Assembly (NCBI GenBank): GCA_965215885.1
Contig: CBDCEW010000082.1
Location: forward strand, 1-64,000
Source: Candidatus Moanibacter sp.
GTDB taxonomy: Bacteria > Verrucomicrobiota > Verrucomicrobiia > Opitutales > UBA2987
Direction of reading: 5' to 3'
Length of the DNA: 64,000 nt
Shown piece by piece: positions 21,557 through 31,343 of this stretch (position 1 is the first letter of the stretch; each line of letters opens with the position of its first letter). The notes under the pieces were generated by a model. That model searched no databases and had not been told where the DNA came from. It was given only the letters and a program-made list of their open reading frames with translations. A program made the position numbers and the translations under genes.

Positions 21557-23179
21557 ATGAGAGCTCTAAAATTCAAAAGGAAGTGGGACAGCCTTGACAG
21601 CGAAGCTATTCGAGAATGGCAGGGGGCGCTCTTGAGTCGCTATTTGCGGAGGACGGTGCTGCCGTATTCGAAGCACAATTCGAGGCTCTTTCGCGAGCAG
21701 GGGATCACTCCCGAATCCATCCGGAAGGTGGAAGATCTCCAACGAATACCGTTCACGCGCAAAGAGGACCTTTTGCCCACTCCGGAAAACTCACGCAAGT
21801 ACCTCGACTTCGCACTAATCCCTGATGCCCGGAAGTTGACGCGTCAGAAGGACGTCATTTTGAAAGCGCTTTACAAAGGCAGAAAGCGGGTCAAAGAGGA
21901 ACTGGAGCGGGAGTTTCGGCCGATTTTCATGACTTCAACGACCGGCCGCTCCGCCGAGCCGATTCCCTTTCTCTACACCCAATGCGACTTGCGGAATCTG
22001 GCCAGGGACGGGGCCCGAATCGCCAAAATCGGACGGACGGAGCGAGATGACCGCATTCTCAATATGTTTCCTTACGCCCCCCACCTCGCCTACTGGCTGA
22101 CTCACTTTCTGGCTTTGGAGGAGAACCTTTTCTGTGTGGGAACAGGGGGCGGCAAGACGATTGGAACGGAAGGCAATATCCGGCTGATTAAGAGACTTAA
22201 GCCCACCATGCTAGTCGGGATGCCTACGTTTCTCTACCATGTCCTGCAGCAGGCGAGGGAAGAAAACGAACGCTTCGAGGGCATCAATAAGATCGTTCTC
22301 GGCGGCGAGAAAGTGACGGCCGGGACGCGCACCAGGCTCCAGGAACTCTGTGAGCAACTGGGTTCACCAGATGTGACAGTGGTGGCTACTTATGGATTTA
22401 CCGAGGCAAAAATGGCTTGGGTCGAATGCCCCTTCCCGATTGACGAAAAATCAGGCGGCTACCATCTCTATCCCGACTTGGGGATATTTGAAATTGTCGA
22501 CCCCGAGTCGGGCGAAGTGCTGCCGGAAGGCGAAGGGGGAGAGATAGTATTTACGCCCTTGAATGCCCGGGGGACGGTCGTAATTCGCTATCGCACGGGA
22601 GATCATGTGGAGGGCGGAATGGTATACGAGCCGTGCCCCTATTGCGGGCGGCAAGTGCCGCGGCTGATCGGCCGGATCACTCGCGTTAGCGATGTTCACT
22701 CGATGCAGTTGCAGAAGCTTAAAGGGACACTGGTCGATTTTAATGTATTGGAACACCTCCTCGACGACATGGAACAGGTCGCCTCCTGGAAACTTGAGAT
22801 ACGAAAAGTCAGGGATGATCCGATGGAACTGGATGAGCTTGTGCTCCACGTAAGCAAAGGCACGCCGGTTTCGGAAGAAGTGCTCACCCATGCGATTAAC
22901 ACTCGTTTCGCCAACGCAGTGGAAATTCGACCCAACCGTATCGAATTCCACACCCATAAGGAAATGCGGCGCCTGCACAGAGTCGGGGAGGTGCTTAAAG
23001 AGGAGAAAATCGTCGATCAGAGAGTGCCAATCGAGGAACCGGAGATCGATTGGAACCCCCCTCACTGGAATCCGGCCCAGTTCGTCTTCTCTACCGTCCG
23101 CCGAATGTTTGAGAAAACACGTTCCTGGAGTCTTGCCAGACGATCAAAAAAGAAATCTTCGGAGACTGTTAAGACATGA
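21557..23179 (+). CDS. Phenylacetate-CoA-ligase (PaaK)-like acyl-CoA ligase
   Basis: IPFTRKEDL, TSTTGRS, TYGFTEA, GEIVFTPL, IRYRTGD motifs. Confidence 0.8.
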   Translation: MRALKFKRKWDSLDSEAIREWQGALLSRYLRRTVLPYSKHNSRLFREQGITPESIRKVEDLQRIPFTRKEDLLPTPENSRKYLDFALIPDARKLTRQKDVILKALYKGRKRVKEELEREFRPIFMTSTTGRSAEPIPFLYTQCDLRNLARDGARIAKIGRTERDDRILNMFPYAPHLAYWLTHFLALEENLFCVGTGGGKTIGTEGNIRLIKRLKPTMLVGMPTFLYHVLQQAREENERFEGINKIVLGGEKVTAGTRTRLQELCEQLGSPDVTVVATYGFTEAKMAWVECPFPIDEKSGGYHLYPDLGIFEIVDPESGEVLPEGEGGEIVFTPLNARGTVVIRYRTGDHVEGGMVYEPCPYCGRQVPRLIGRITRVSDVHSMQLQKLKGTLVDFNVLEHLLDDMEQVASWKLEIRKVRDDPMELDELVLHVSKGTPVSEEVLTHAINTRFANAVEIRPNRIEFHTHKEMRRLHRVGEVLKEEKIVDQRVPIEEPEIDWNPPHWNPAQFVFSTVRRMFEKTRSWSLARRSKKKSSETVKT

Positions 23180-24459
23180 GTCGACCACTCTACATTGTCG
23201 CCGGCGTCCGCACTCCCTTTTGCAAGTTTGGCACCGATTTAGCGAGTCTCAGCGCGGTTGATTTGGGGCGAGCAGCGGTTACCGCGTTGCTGGCGCGGAC
23301 TGGGATTGACCCCGCCATTATCGATGAGGTAATCATCGGCTGCGTGTGCCAACCCGCCGAAGCCGCCAATGTGGCCCGGGTCATCGCACTGCGCAGCGCC
23401 ATTCCCGATTCGGTTCCCGCCAGTACCGTGCACCGTAATTGCGCCTCCGGTTTCGAAGCTCTCACCCTGGCATCTGATAAAGCCGCCGCGGGGACGGGTT
23501 CGGTCTTCCTGGTAGGGGGAAGCGAGAGCATGTCACAGGTGCCCCTCTTGTTCAGCCCTGGAGCTGCAAAAAAAATCGCGGCTCTCGCTAGAGCCAAGAC
23601 CGCGGGACAGCGCATCCACCACCTATTGAAATTTCGGCCCGCGGATTTCAAACCCAAAGCGGCCTTGCAGCTAGGCCTCACCGATCCTGTGTGCGGGCTA
23701 AACATGGGTGAGACGGCGGAGATCCTCGGTCGGGAATTTCGCATAAGTCGAGAGGAACAGGATCGCTTCGCCCTGGAATCGCATAGAAAGGCGGTCGCCG
23801 CTCGAGAGCGCCTGAAAGAGGAGATCTGTCCGGTATATCCAAACGGCAAGAGCAGTCCCGTTTCCGTCGACGGGGACAATGGCCCGCGGACAAACCAGAG
23901 ATCGGAAGATCTGGCCAGGCTGCGCCCCGTCTTCGATCGAAAGACCGGAACGGTGACAGCGGGAAACGCTTCACAGATAACAGATGGGGCCGTCGCTCTG
24001 TTCGTCGCGACGGAGGAAGCCTGTCATAAACATGCCCTCGAACCGATTGGTAAGCTCCTCGGTTACTATTATGCCGGTTGTGATCCGAAGCGCATGGGCC
24101 TCGGCCCGGTCTACGCCATTGACGGCGCTGAAAGAAAGCTGGGATTGAGTCTCAAGGATGCCGATCTCATCGAAATAAACGAGGCATTTGCCGTCCAAAT
24201 CATGGCCGTTATGCAGGCAGCGCGCTCCAGGGAATTCTGCGGCAACGGCCTGGGCCGCGAATCCCCACTTGGGGAAATTCCTGAGGAGATCCTGAACGGG
24301 GGCGCTATCGCTCTCGGACACCCTGTCGGGGCGACCGGCGCAAGGCTTGTCCTGACAGCGCTCAAGGAACTCAAGAGACGGAAGCTCAGCCGAGCTTTAG
24401 TATCCCTCTGTGTCGGTGGCGGCCAGGGAGGCGCACTATGGTTGGAGACAGTAAGTTGA
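23176..24459 (+). CDS. Acetyl-CoA C-acyltransferase (thiolase, FadA/FadI type)
   Basis: [30 protein letters not shown] motifs; ATGA overlap with the upstream gene. Confidence 0.93.
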   Translation: MSRPLYIVAGVRTPFCKFGTDLASLSAVDLGRAAVTALLARTGIDPAIIDEVIIGCVCQPAEAANVARVIALRSAIPDSVPASTVHRNCASGFEALTLASDKAAAGTGSVFLVGGSESMSQVPLLFSPGAAKKIAALARAKTAGQRIHHLLKFRPADFKPKAALQLGLTDPVCGLNMGETAEILGREFRISREEQDRFALESHRKAVAARERLKEEICPVYPNGKSSPVSVDGDNGPRTNQRSEDLARLRPVFDRKTGTVTAGNASQITDGAVALFVATEEACHKHALEPIGKLLGYYYAGCDPKRMGLGPVYAIDGAERKLGLSLKDADLIEINEAFAVQIMAVMQAARSREFCGNGLGRESPLGEIPEEILNGGAIALGHPVGATGARLVLTALKELKRRKLSRALVSLCVGGGQGGALWLETVS

Positions 24460-26626
24460 AAACACTTATAAAAAGGCACATTTCAGATTCCGGCATCTGT
24501 TTCCTTACATTTGATCGTCCGGAATCATCCGCCAATCTCCTCGACCCGCCGGCCTTCCATGAACTCAACCGGGAACTCGACTTTATTGAGAGCGAACCCT
24601 CCCTCAAAGGCCTGGTCATAGCGAGCGCAAAACCTAAAATATTCATTGCCGGACTCGATTTAAACTCCCTCTCAAGCAAACTCTCTGGAGAAGCGGTCGG
24701 TTCACTGATTGAGACAGGACAGCGCACCTTCACACGCCTCAGTCGTCTTCCCCTCACCACCGTCTCCGCCATTCATGGGGCGTGTCTTGGAGGCGGGTAT
24801 GAGCTGGCGCTGGCCTGCGATTACCGGATCGCCTCCTTGCATTCGGCGACAAAACTTGGATTACCGGAGGTCCAGCTCGGCCTCATTCCGGCGTGGGGAG
24901 GGTGTACCCGATTGCCTCACCTTATCGGCCAGCGCAAGGCGCTAAAGTCAATCCTGTCAGGAGAGATTTATTCCGCCACAAAGGCGAAGAGATTCGGGAT
25001 TGTAGACGATGCTGTCTATGTCGAACTTCTTCTCGAAGCCGCGAGCAGGATCGCTTCAGGTCCCAAGCGACCGAGGGTGGTCCCCTTCTTCGCCGGTTCG
25101 GTTTTCGCCTCCTCCATTATCCGCTCGATTAGCCGGCGAAGAATCCTCGAAAAGTCGCATGGCAATTATCCCGCCCCGATGAAAGCGCTTGAGGTCGTTA
25201 CGCAAGCGCTGCGCGGTAGCGTGGAAGACTCCCTTAAGCGCGAAAAGCAAGCACTTTTGCAGCTCATCGAGACCGAAGCTTGTCGAAATCTCGTCAACGT
25301 TTTCTTCCTTCAGGAGCGCTCCAGGAAGCTTCAATCGGCGCCGACTCGCCGACAATCTTCTACGATCCGTACCCAGTCCGTAAAGCAGGTGGCGGTGGTA
25401 GGCGCCGGGTTAATGGGCGCCGGTATCGCTCAGTGGTGCAGTTCCCGGAACTGCTCCACGTCCTGCTAAGAGATGTCGACCGCGGAAAGTTGGCGCTGGG
25501 CCTTGCATCTGCGCGGCGCCTCTACAGTGCAGGAATCAGAAGAGGAATCTTTACGCCACGGGAAGCGCAGTCGGGAATGGATCGGATCTGGCCAGTCGAG
25601 GGCGAAGACTCGATGCATCGTGCCGGTCTGGCCATTGAAGCAGTCTTTGAAAGCCTGGATCTAAAGAGGCGGCTCTTCCGGGATTTGGAACGCAGGGTGG
25701 GCTCTGAAACGATACTTGCTTCGAATACTTCGGCGCTGTCGATCACAGAGATTGCGTTAAACCTGAAACAGCCGGAGCGCTTTGTCGGTATACACTTTTT
25801 CAATCCCGTGCACCGAATGAAATTGGTCGAAGTGGTTCGGGGGAGGCTTACTTCGGAGAAGACCCTCGAGGCGGCTCTGAATTTCGTAAAACGTATCGGT
25901 AAACTGCCTGTAATCGTCAAGGACAGTCCGGGTTTTATCGTAAACCGAATACTCATGCCTTATCTCCTGGAATCGGTCCAGCTCCTGCGAGAGGGACACG
26001 GCGTTAGTCGATTGGACGAACTCGCCGTTCGCTTCGGAATGCCGATGGGACCGCTGCGCCTTATTGACGAAGTCGGTCTCGAAGTGGCTCAAAAGGTTGC
26101 CCGCTACCTCGGAGAGCGGCTCTCCTACGATTCTAAAACCACGGATGACCTGGACGTCATGATTACCTATGGGTGGACTGGGAAGGGCGCTGGAAAAGGG
26201 TTCTACAGCTATGATCGAAAGGGGGAAACGCTTGAAGAAAACCACGAGATTTACTCGGTTCTAAACGTGAAGGAAGAGGGGCACACCGATCCAAACATCA
26301 TCATCGATCGCATGCTACTGCTTATGGTCAATGAGGCGGCACGCTGCCTCGAAGAGGAGGTTGCTGAAGCGCCCGAGGACATCGATTTCGCCATGATCAT
26401 GGGCGCCGGTTGGGCGCCGTTCCGAGGGGGGCCCTTGCGCTACGCCGATTCAATTGGCATTCCCACCGTGATTGAAAAATTGGAGGGATTTGTTGAACAA
26501 GCCCGCAACCTATTTCAGCCATCCCCTCTTCTCGTCGACATGGCCAGACAAGGCAGAAACTTTTATTCGGCCCACACGACATCGGCGACCCAACCGGCTG
26601 CGCCGGAAATACAAAAAGTGTCATAA
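24456..26626 (+). pseudogene. Fatty-acid oxidation complex alpha subunit (FadJ/FadB-like), frameshifted near 25450
   Basis: ECH motifs GGGYELALACD and GLPEVQLG plus GAGLMGAGIA in the first frame; HVLLRDVD...IEAVFE...GIHFFNPVH in the second frame. Confidence 0.85.
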
Positions 26627-26637
26627 AAACTCAACCC

Positions 26638-28539
26638 GTGCTTGAGGCAAGACCACCGTCTAAGGAGGAACCGGCACCCCGGATCGACACTTCGAAAATG
26701 TCGCGGGGCAAACGGGAAGCCCTTGAGCTCACCGAAGCCGCCCGCGAAGGTGTGGCTCGAAACAAGGGGTTCGCCTCGGATCTATTCATGGGAAAGCTGT
26801 CTTTGAAGACGGCTTATCCTTTCCCAAAACAGTCCGAAGAAGATAAAGCGGCGGGGGCGCCTTTTCTCTCAAACCTCGAAGACGTATTGCGCCACGAGGC
26901 CGATCCCGACGCGATCGATGCAGAAGGGGAAATTCCCGATTCCCTCTTCGGCCGGTTGGCCGAAATCGGAGCCTTCGGAATCAAGACTCCCCGCGCATAC
27001 GGCGGTCTCGGGCTGTCGCAGTCGAACTACTCTAAGGCTGCCATGCTTTTGGGCAGTCATTGCGGTAACCTCACCGCTTTACTTTCCGCCCACCAATCGA
27101 TCGGCGTTCCCCAGCCGCTGCTCCTATTTGGAACGGACACACAGAAACGCGAATACCTTCCACGCCTGGCCGCCGGGGAGATTTCCGCCTTCGCCCTGAC
27201 CGAGCGGGATGTCGGATCCGACCCGGCCCAGATGAAAACCTACGCCGAGCCAACCACGGATGGTGACAGTTTTATCCTTAACGGTGAAAAGCTCTGGTGC
27301 ACGAATGGCACCCGAGCCGGGGTAATTGTCGTTATGGCACGTACTCCCGATAAGGTCATCGGGGGGAAAAAGAAGAAACAGATCACCGCGTTCATCGTAG
27401 AGATGGACACTCCCGGCGTGGAGGTCGTGCAACGCTGCCACTTTATGGGGCTTAAAGCCCTCTACAATGGCCTCATTCGGTTCAATGACGTACGCCTACC
27501 TCGTGAGAACATAATACTCTCCGAGGGCAAAGGTCTGAAAGTCGCCCTCACGACTTTGAACACTGGACGAATCACTCTTCCCGCCGCTTGCGTCGGATTC
27601 TCCAAGCGCTGCCTGAAGGTTACCAGGAAGTGGGCGGTAGAGCGCAAACAATGGGGAGGTCCTATCGGTAAGCACGCCGCCATCGCCGAGAAAATCGCTC
27701 GAATGGCGGCCGACATCTTCGCCCTGGAGTCGATGGTGCTCACAATCTCAGCACTGGTTGATCGCAAGGACCACGACGTACGGGTGGAGGCGGCCATGTG
27801 TAAACTGTGGGGCACGGAAATCGCCTGGCGCATCATTGACGATACCATGCAAATCCGTGGAGGGCGTGGCTATGAAACCGCGGATTCTCTCAAAACTCGC
27901 GGCGAGGATCCCGTTCCCGTAGAACGGATGATGAGGGATAGTCGAATTAACCTGATTTTCGAAGGATCGAGTGAGATCATGCGGCTCTTCCTCGCCCGAG
28001 AGGCCCTCGAGCCGCATCTCGCTGTGGCGGGAGGAGTCCTGAATTCAAGGCTACCCTTACCCAGTCGTTTTCGAGAGGCCATTCGCGCAACTATCTTTTA
28101 CAGTGGTTGGTATCCCCAACTCTGGATCCCTTCCTGGACCTATTTACCGGGAGAACTGTATGGATCATTGCGAACGCCCTTCGCCTATGTGTCCGCAACT
28201 AGCAGACAATTGGCTCGCGCTCTTTTCCACTCTATGGCGCGCCACGGGCCAAGGCTCGACAAAGAGCAGTGCCTGCTAGGAAGGATCGTTGACATTGGGA
28301 CAGAACTCTTCGTCATCACCGCCGCTACTCTCCGAGCCGACGCAATCCTGAAAGAGGGTAATTCAGAGATTGAAAAGGAAAACGTTCTTCAGCTTGTGGA
28401 TTTTCTCTTTAGAGAATCGAGATTAAGGATCGAGCGGAAATTTCATGATCTTCGACACCACAACGATCGACGGGGATACAAGCTCGCTCAAGACATCCTC
28501 CACGAGCGATTCATCTGGCTCGAAGATGGTATCATATGA
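26638..28539 (+). CDS. Acyl-CoA dehydrogenase (long VLCAD/ACAD9-like form)
   Basis: SAHQSIG, FALTERDVGSD, LNGEKLWCTNG, QIRGGRGY, RINLIFEGSSEI motifs. Confidence 0.93.
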   Translation: MLEARPPSKEEPAPRIDTSKMSRGKREALELTEAAREGVARNKGFASDLFMGKLSLKTAYPFPKQSEEDKAAGAPFLSNLEDVLRHEADPDAIDAEGEIPDSLFGRLAEIGAFGIKTPRAYGGLGLSQSNYSKAAMLLGSHCGNLTALLSAHQSIGVPQPLLLFGTDTQKREYLPRLAAGEISAFALTERDVGSDPAQMKTYAEPTTDGDSFILNGEKLWCTNGTRAGVIVVMARTPDKVIGGKKKKQITAFIVEMDTPGVEVVQRCHFMGLKALYNGLIRFNDVRLPRENIILSEGKGLKVALTTLNTGRITLPAACVGFSKRCLKVTRKWAVERKQWGGPIGKHAAIAEKIARMAADIFALESMVLTISALVDRKDHDVRVEAAMCKLWGTEIAWRIIDDTMQIRGGRGYETADSLKTRGEDPVPVERMMRDSRINLIFEGSSEIMRLFLAREALEPHLAVAGGVLNSRLPLPSRFREAIRATIFYSGWYPQLWIPSWTYLPGELYGSLRTPFAYVSATSRQLARALFHSMARHGPRLDKEQCLLGRIVDIGTELFVITAATLRADAILKEGNSEIEKENVLQLVDFLFRESRLRIERKFHDLRHHNDRRGYKLAQDILHERFIWLEDGII

Positions 28540-28559
28540 TATCCCCTAGCCTATAAATG

Positions 28560-28703
28560 GATACCGATAGTTCGTGGGCGGTACGAATTGTAATTCTCGA
28601 TATTCCGCCCGACGGTTTCAAAAATGCTTCTGAATGTGGCACTGGATCCTGTAAAGTAAACTCCTGCCAGCTCCCTCTGCGGGAGACATCTTCCTATTTC
28701 CGG
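28560..28703 (-). pseudogene. Internal fragment of 1-pyrroline-5-carboxylate dehydrogenase-like ALDH
   Basis: ELAGVYFTGSSATFRSIFETVGRNIENYNSYRPRTIG resembles the P5CDH FTGS...IGENI..YKSYPRIVG segment; the rest is absent. Confidence 0.55.
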
Positions 28704-28901
28704 ACAGCGGCGAAACCGCCTCCGAAAAGCTTTGATATTGAGAGAATTGGTTTTGATAGAGGAACAATTCCAGAGGATCAACTCGAGCACTGTGCAGGTC
28801 CTGTCTTTAATGGCGCCACTGGTTCAATTACCGATTTTTCAGAATTACCCGCAGCCAAGAAGGCGGCTCAAGGTGAATCATCGTGAAATGGAATTTCGAA
28901 G

Positions 28902-28983
28902 ACCGTCAGGCGTAGGAAGGCCGCTAGCGGCCGAAAGGAAGACCGATGTATTCGAATCGCTCGCGAGCGAGCTTCCTACCCTC
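28902..28983. repeat. Inverted pair of GTAG-type REP-like repeats (BIME-like)
   Basis: 28902-28935 and 28957-28983 in convergent orientation; each has copies elsewhere in the window. Confidence 0.75.
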
Positions 28984-29012
28984 GGACCCCTCTTATTTTT
29001 AACTTGGTAATT

Positions 29013-29210
29013 CCCCGTAGCTTGCTACGGGGTCGGTGACTTTCTCAAGAATCATCGCGCGCGGAGCGCCCGATCCACCCGTAGCAAGGATGCTCGTGGT
29101 GGAACGGCCCCTCCGGGGACGTTTGTAGTAACTTGGAGTAAAGCATGGGCAATTCCTGTCCAAACGGCGAAAGAGTTAGATACCCCGCAGCTTGCTGCGG
29201 GGAGTGTTCA
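29013..29210. mobile_element. Non-autonomous element with twin hairpins, IS200/IS605-end-like
   Basis: CCCCGTAGC-TT-GCTACGGGG (29013-29032) and CCCCGCAGC-TT-GCTGCGGGG (29183-29202); no transposase between them. Confidence 0.5.
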
Positions 29211-29379
29211 TCAGGCGGTCATTCAGGAAGCCCGCGGAAGACTTCTCTCCACTATTTCAGTGGCCAGGCGGGCGAGGAACTCCTCAATGCGGGGAGTGTT
29301 CATCAGGCGGTCATTCAGGAAGCCCGCGGAAGACTTCTCTCCACTATTTCAGTGGCCAGGCGGGCGAGGAACTCCTCAA
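29196..29379. repeat. Exact 92-bp tandem duplication including the thrS 3' end
   Basis: 29196-29287 is identical to 29288-29379. Confidence 0.92.
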
Positions 29380-31147
29380 TTGTGAAGTTTCCGTTGTTCG
29401 CTTTGTTCGTTCTTGAGCGGACCGAAACTTCCTTCGCCTCGACCTCTTTGGCGCCGACCACGAGCATGTAGGAGACTTTGTCGGTTTCGGCTCGCCTGAT
29501 CTTCGCGCCCAGTTTGTCGGATTGCGCGTCGACCGTCACTCGAATCTTCGATGCCACAAGCGTTTCCGCCACCTTTTCAGCGTAAGCATTCTGGTGGTCG
29601 GTTATGGGCAGCAGCCGAACCTGCTCGGGCGCCAGCCAGGTTGGAAAACTCCCGGCAAAGTGCTCAATAAGAACGCTGACGAATCGCTCCAAGGAACCAA
29701 AGGGAGCGCGGTGAATCATTACCGGACGATGCGGCGAATTGTCCGGGCCGATATAAGAGAGACCGAATCGCTCCGGCAGACTGTAATCCAATTGAACGGT
29801 ACCGAGTTGCCAATCACGGCCAATTACGTCTTTGACCACAAAGTCAATCTTGGGACCGTAAAACGCAGCCTCGCCTATTTCTTCGGAATAGGGTACGCCG
29901 AGCGTTCCCGCCTCCTCCCTCAAAACCGTTTCAGCCTTATCCCAGAGTTCCGGATCCCCGGCGTATTTGTCGGATTCGCGATCCCTGAGACCGATCCGCA
30001 CGCGATAATCGTCTACTCCGAGTGTAGAGAGGATGACATTTACGAGTTCGAGACAACCGGAAAGCTCAGCCTTTACCTGTGCTTCCGTGCAGAAGATATG
30101 GGCATCATCCTGAGTCATTCCGCGGACGCGCGCCATGCCGTTCAGCTCTCCCGATTTTTCCCATCGATAAACGGTTCCGAACTCTGCCAGCCTGACAGGA
30201 AGATCGCGATAAGAACGCGGTTGGGAAGCGTAGATCTTGATGTGGAAGGGACAGTTCATCGGCTTTAACATGTATCCCTCCACATCTCCCTCCTCCAACC
30301 GGTTAGAGAGATCGGCGCAGGAGCAGCCTTCCTCGGCCAGCTTTTCGATTTCCTCGCGGTCCACCAGAGGAGGGTATTGCGAGTCTTTGAAATATGGAAA
30401 ATGACCGGAGGTCCGGTAGAGCTGCAATTTTCCGATATGTGGAGTAAAGACCTGTTCGTAACCCTGTTTTCTCAACTCTTCTGCAATGAAATCCTGCAAT
30501 TCCTGCCGAATAATCGCGCCCTTTGGGGTCCACAATACCAGACCTGGTCCGACCGATTCGTCGAGATGAAAGAGGTGTAGATCCCTACCAATAATTCGGT
30601 GGTCGCGCTTGCGCGCTTCCTCCAGTTGATGAAGGTATCCGTCCAGTTCCTCCCTCTTTGGAAAAGCGGTTCCGTAAATGCGCTGGAGCTGCGCATTCTT
30701 CTCATCACCGCGATGATAGGCACCCGCGATGCTGAGGAGCTTGAAGATCTTGACCTTCTTTGTGTACTTCACATGGGTTCCGGCACAGAGATCGACAAAT
30801 TCGCCATTTCGGTAGAATGAGATCGAGTCACCTTCCGGTATATCCGCCAGACGTCCCAGTTTGTATCGATTTTGACCGATCTCACGGATCAGCTTCTCCG
30901 CCTCTTCGCGCGACGTCTCGATCCGCTCAAACTTCTGATTCTCCTTGACCACCTGTTTCATCTCGGCCTCGATGCGCTCGAGATCCTCGGCAGTAAACTT
31001 GTGGTCGAGGTCGAAATCGTAATAGAATCCGGAGTCAGTCGGTGGGCCGATATCCAGTTTGGTTTCGGGATAGAGACGCAATACTGCCGTAGCCATCATG
31101 TGCGCGGCGGAATGACGAAGTTCCTCTAATGGTGACATTGTTTTCAT
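29315..31147 (-). CDS. thrS: Threonine-tRNA ligase (no N-terminal TGS domain)
   Basis: LRHSAAH, DLCAGTH, RDHR, KPMNCPFH, FYGPKID, QLDY, IHRAPFGSLERF motifs; start at 31147 or 31138. Confidence 0.97.
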   Translation of the reverse strand: MKTMSPLEELRHSAAHMMATAVLRLYPETKLDIGPPTDSGFYYDFDLDHKFTAEDLERIEAEMKQVVKENQKFERIETSREEAEKLIREIGQNRYKLGRLADIPEGDSISFYRNGEFVDLCAGTHVKYTKKVKIFKLLSIAGAYHRGDEKNAQLQRIYGTAFPKREELDGYLHQLEEARKRDHRIIGRDLHLFHLDESVGPGLVLWTPKGAIIRQELQDFIAEELRKQGYEQVFTPHIGKLQLYRTSGHFPYFKDSQYPPLVDREEIEKLAEEGCSCADLSNRLEEGDVEGYMLKPMNCPFHIKIYASQPRSYRDLPVRLAEFGTVYRWEKSGELNGMARVRGMTQDDAHIFCTEAQVKAELSGCLELVNVILSTLGVDDYRVRIGLRDRESDKYAGDPELWDKAETVLREEAGTLGVPYSEEIGEAAFYGPKIDFVVKDVIGRDWQLGTVQLDYSLPERFGLSYIGPDNSPHRPVMIHRAPFGSLERFVSVLIEHFAGSFPTWLAPEQVRLLPITDHQNAYAEKVAETLVASKIRVTVDAQSDKLGAKIRRAETDKVSYMLVVGAKEVEAKEVSVRSRTNKANNGNFTIEEFLARLATEIVERSLPRAS

Positions 31148-31180
31148 TTGTATCCTGGTTAAAATAAACGGAATCTGTAT

Positions 31181-31218
31181 AAAATAAAAAAGCCCAAAAG
31201 CATTTCGCTTCCGGGCTT
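31181..31218 (-). terminator. Intrinsic terminator (attenuator) upstream of thrS
   Basis: AAGCCCGGAAGC-GAAAU-GCUUUUGGGCUU 12-bp stem followed by UUUUAUUUU. Confidence 0.8.
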
Positions 31219-31244
31219 GGTTGAGTTTTGTATTGAAAATCTGT

Positions 31245-31319
31245 TCAGGCAAATACAGGCCAAGCCCCGAAGCGGCAAGTTCGGGTCAAAGGGGTAGTGC
31301 CCTCTATCGTAGAATGCAT
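31245..31319 (-). CDS. Putative Thr-rich leader peptide of thrS (MHSTIEGTTPLTRTCRFGAWPVFA)
   Basis: 5 Thr codons in the first 14; overlaps the antiterminator strand; alternative in-frame ATG at 31331. Confidence 0.7.
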   Translation of the reverse strand: MHSTIEGTTPLTRTCRFGAWPVFA

Positions 31320-31343
31320 TAGCTCAGGCATGAAGGTGTGTTT

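Noticed and set aside
28557..28886. 109-aa plus-strand ORF
   Set aside because: No recognisable motifs, and it overlaps a better-supported minus-strand remnant.
31148..31343. T-box riboswitch upstream of thrS
   Set aside because: No T-box (GGTGGNACCGCG) or stem I motifs; the leader-peptide model fits better.
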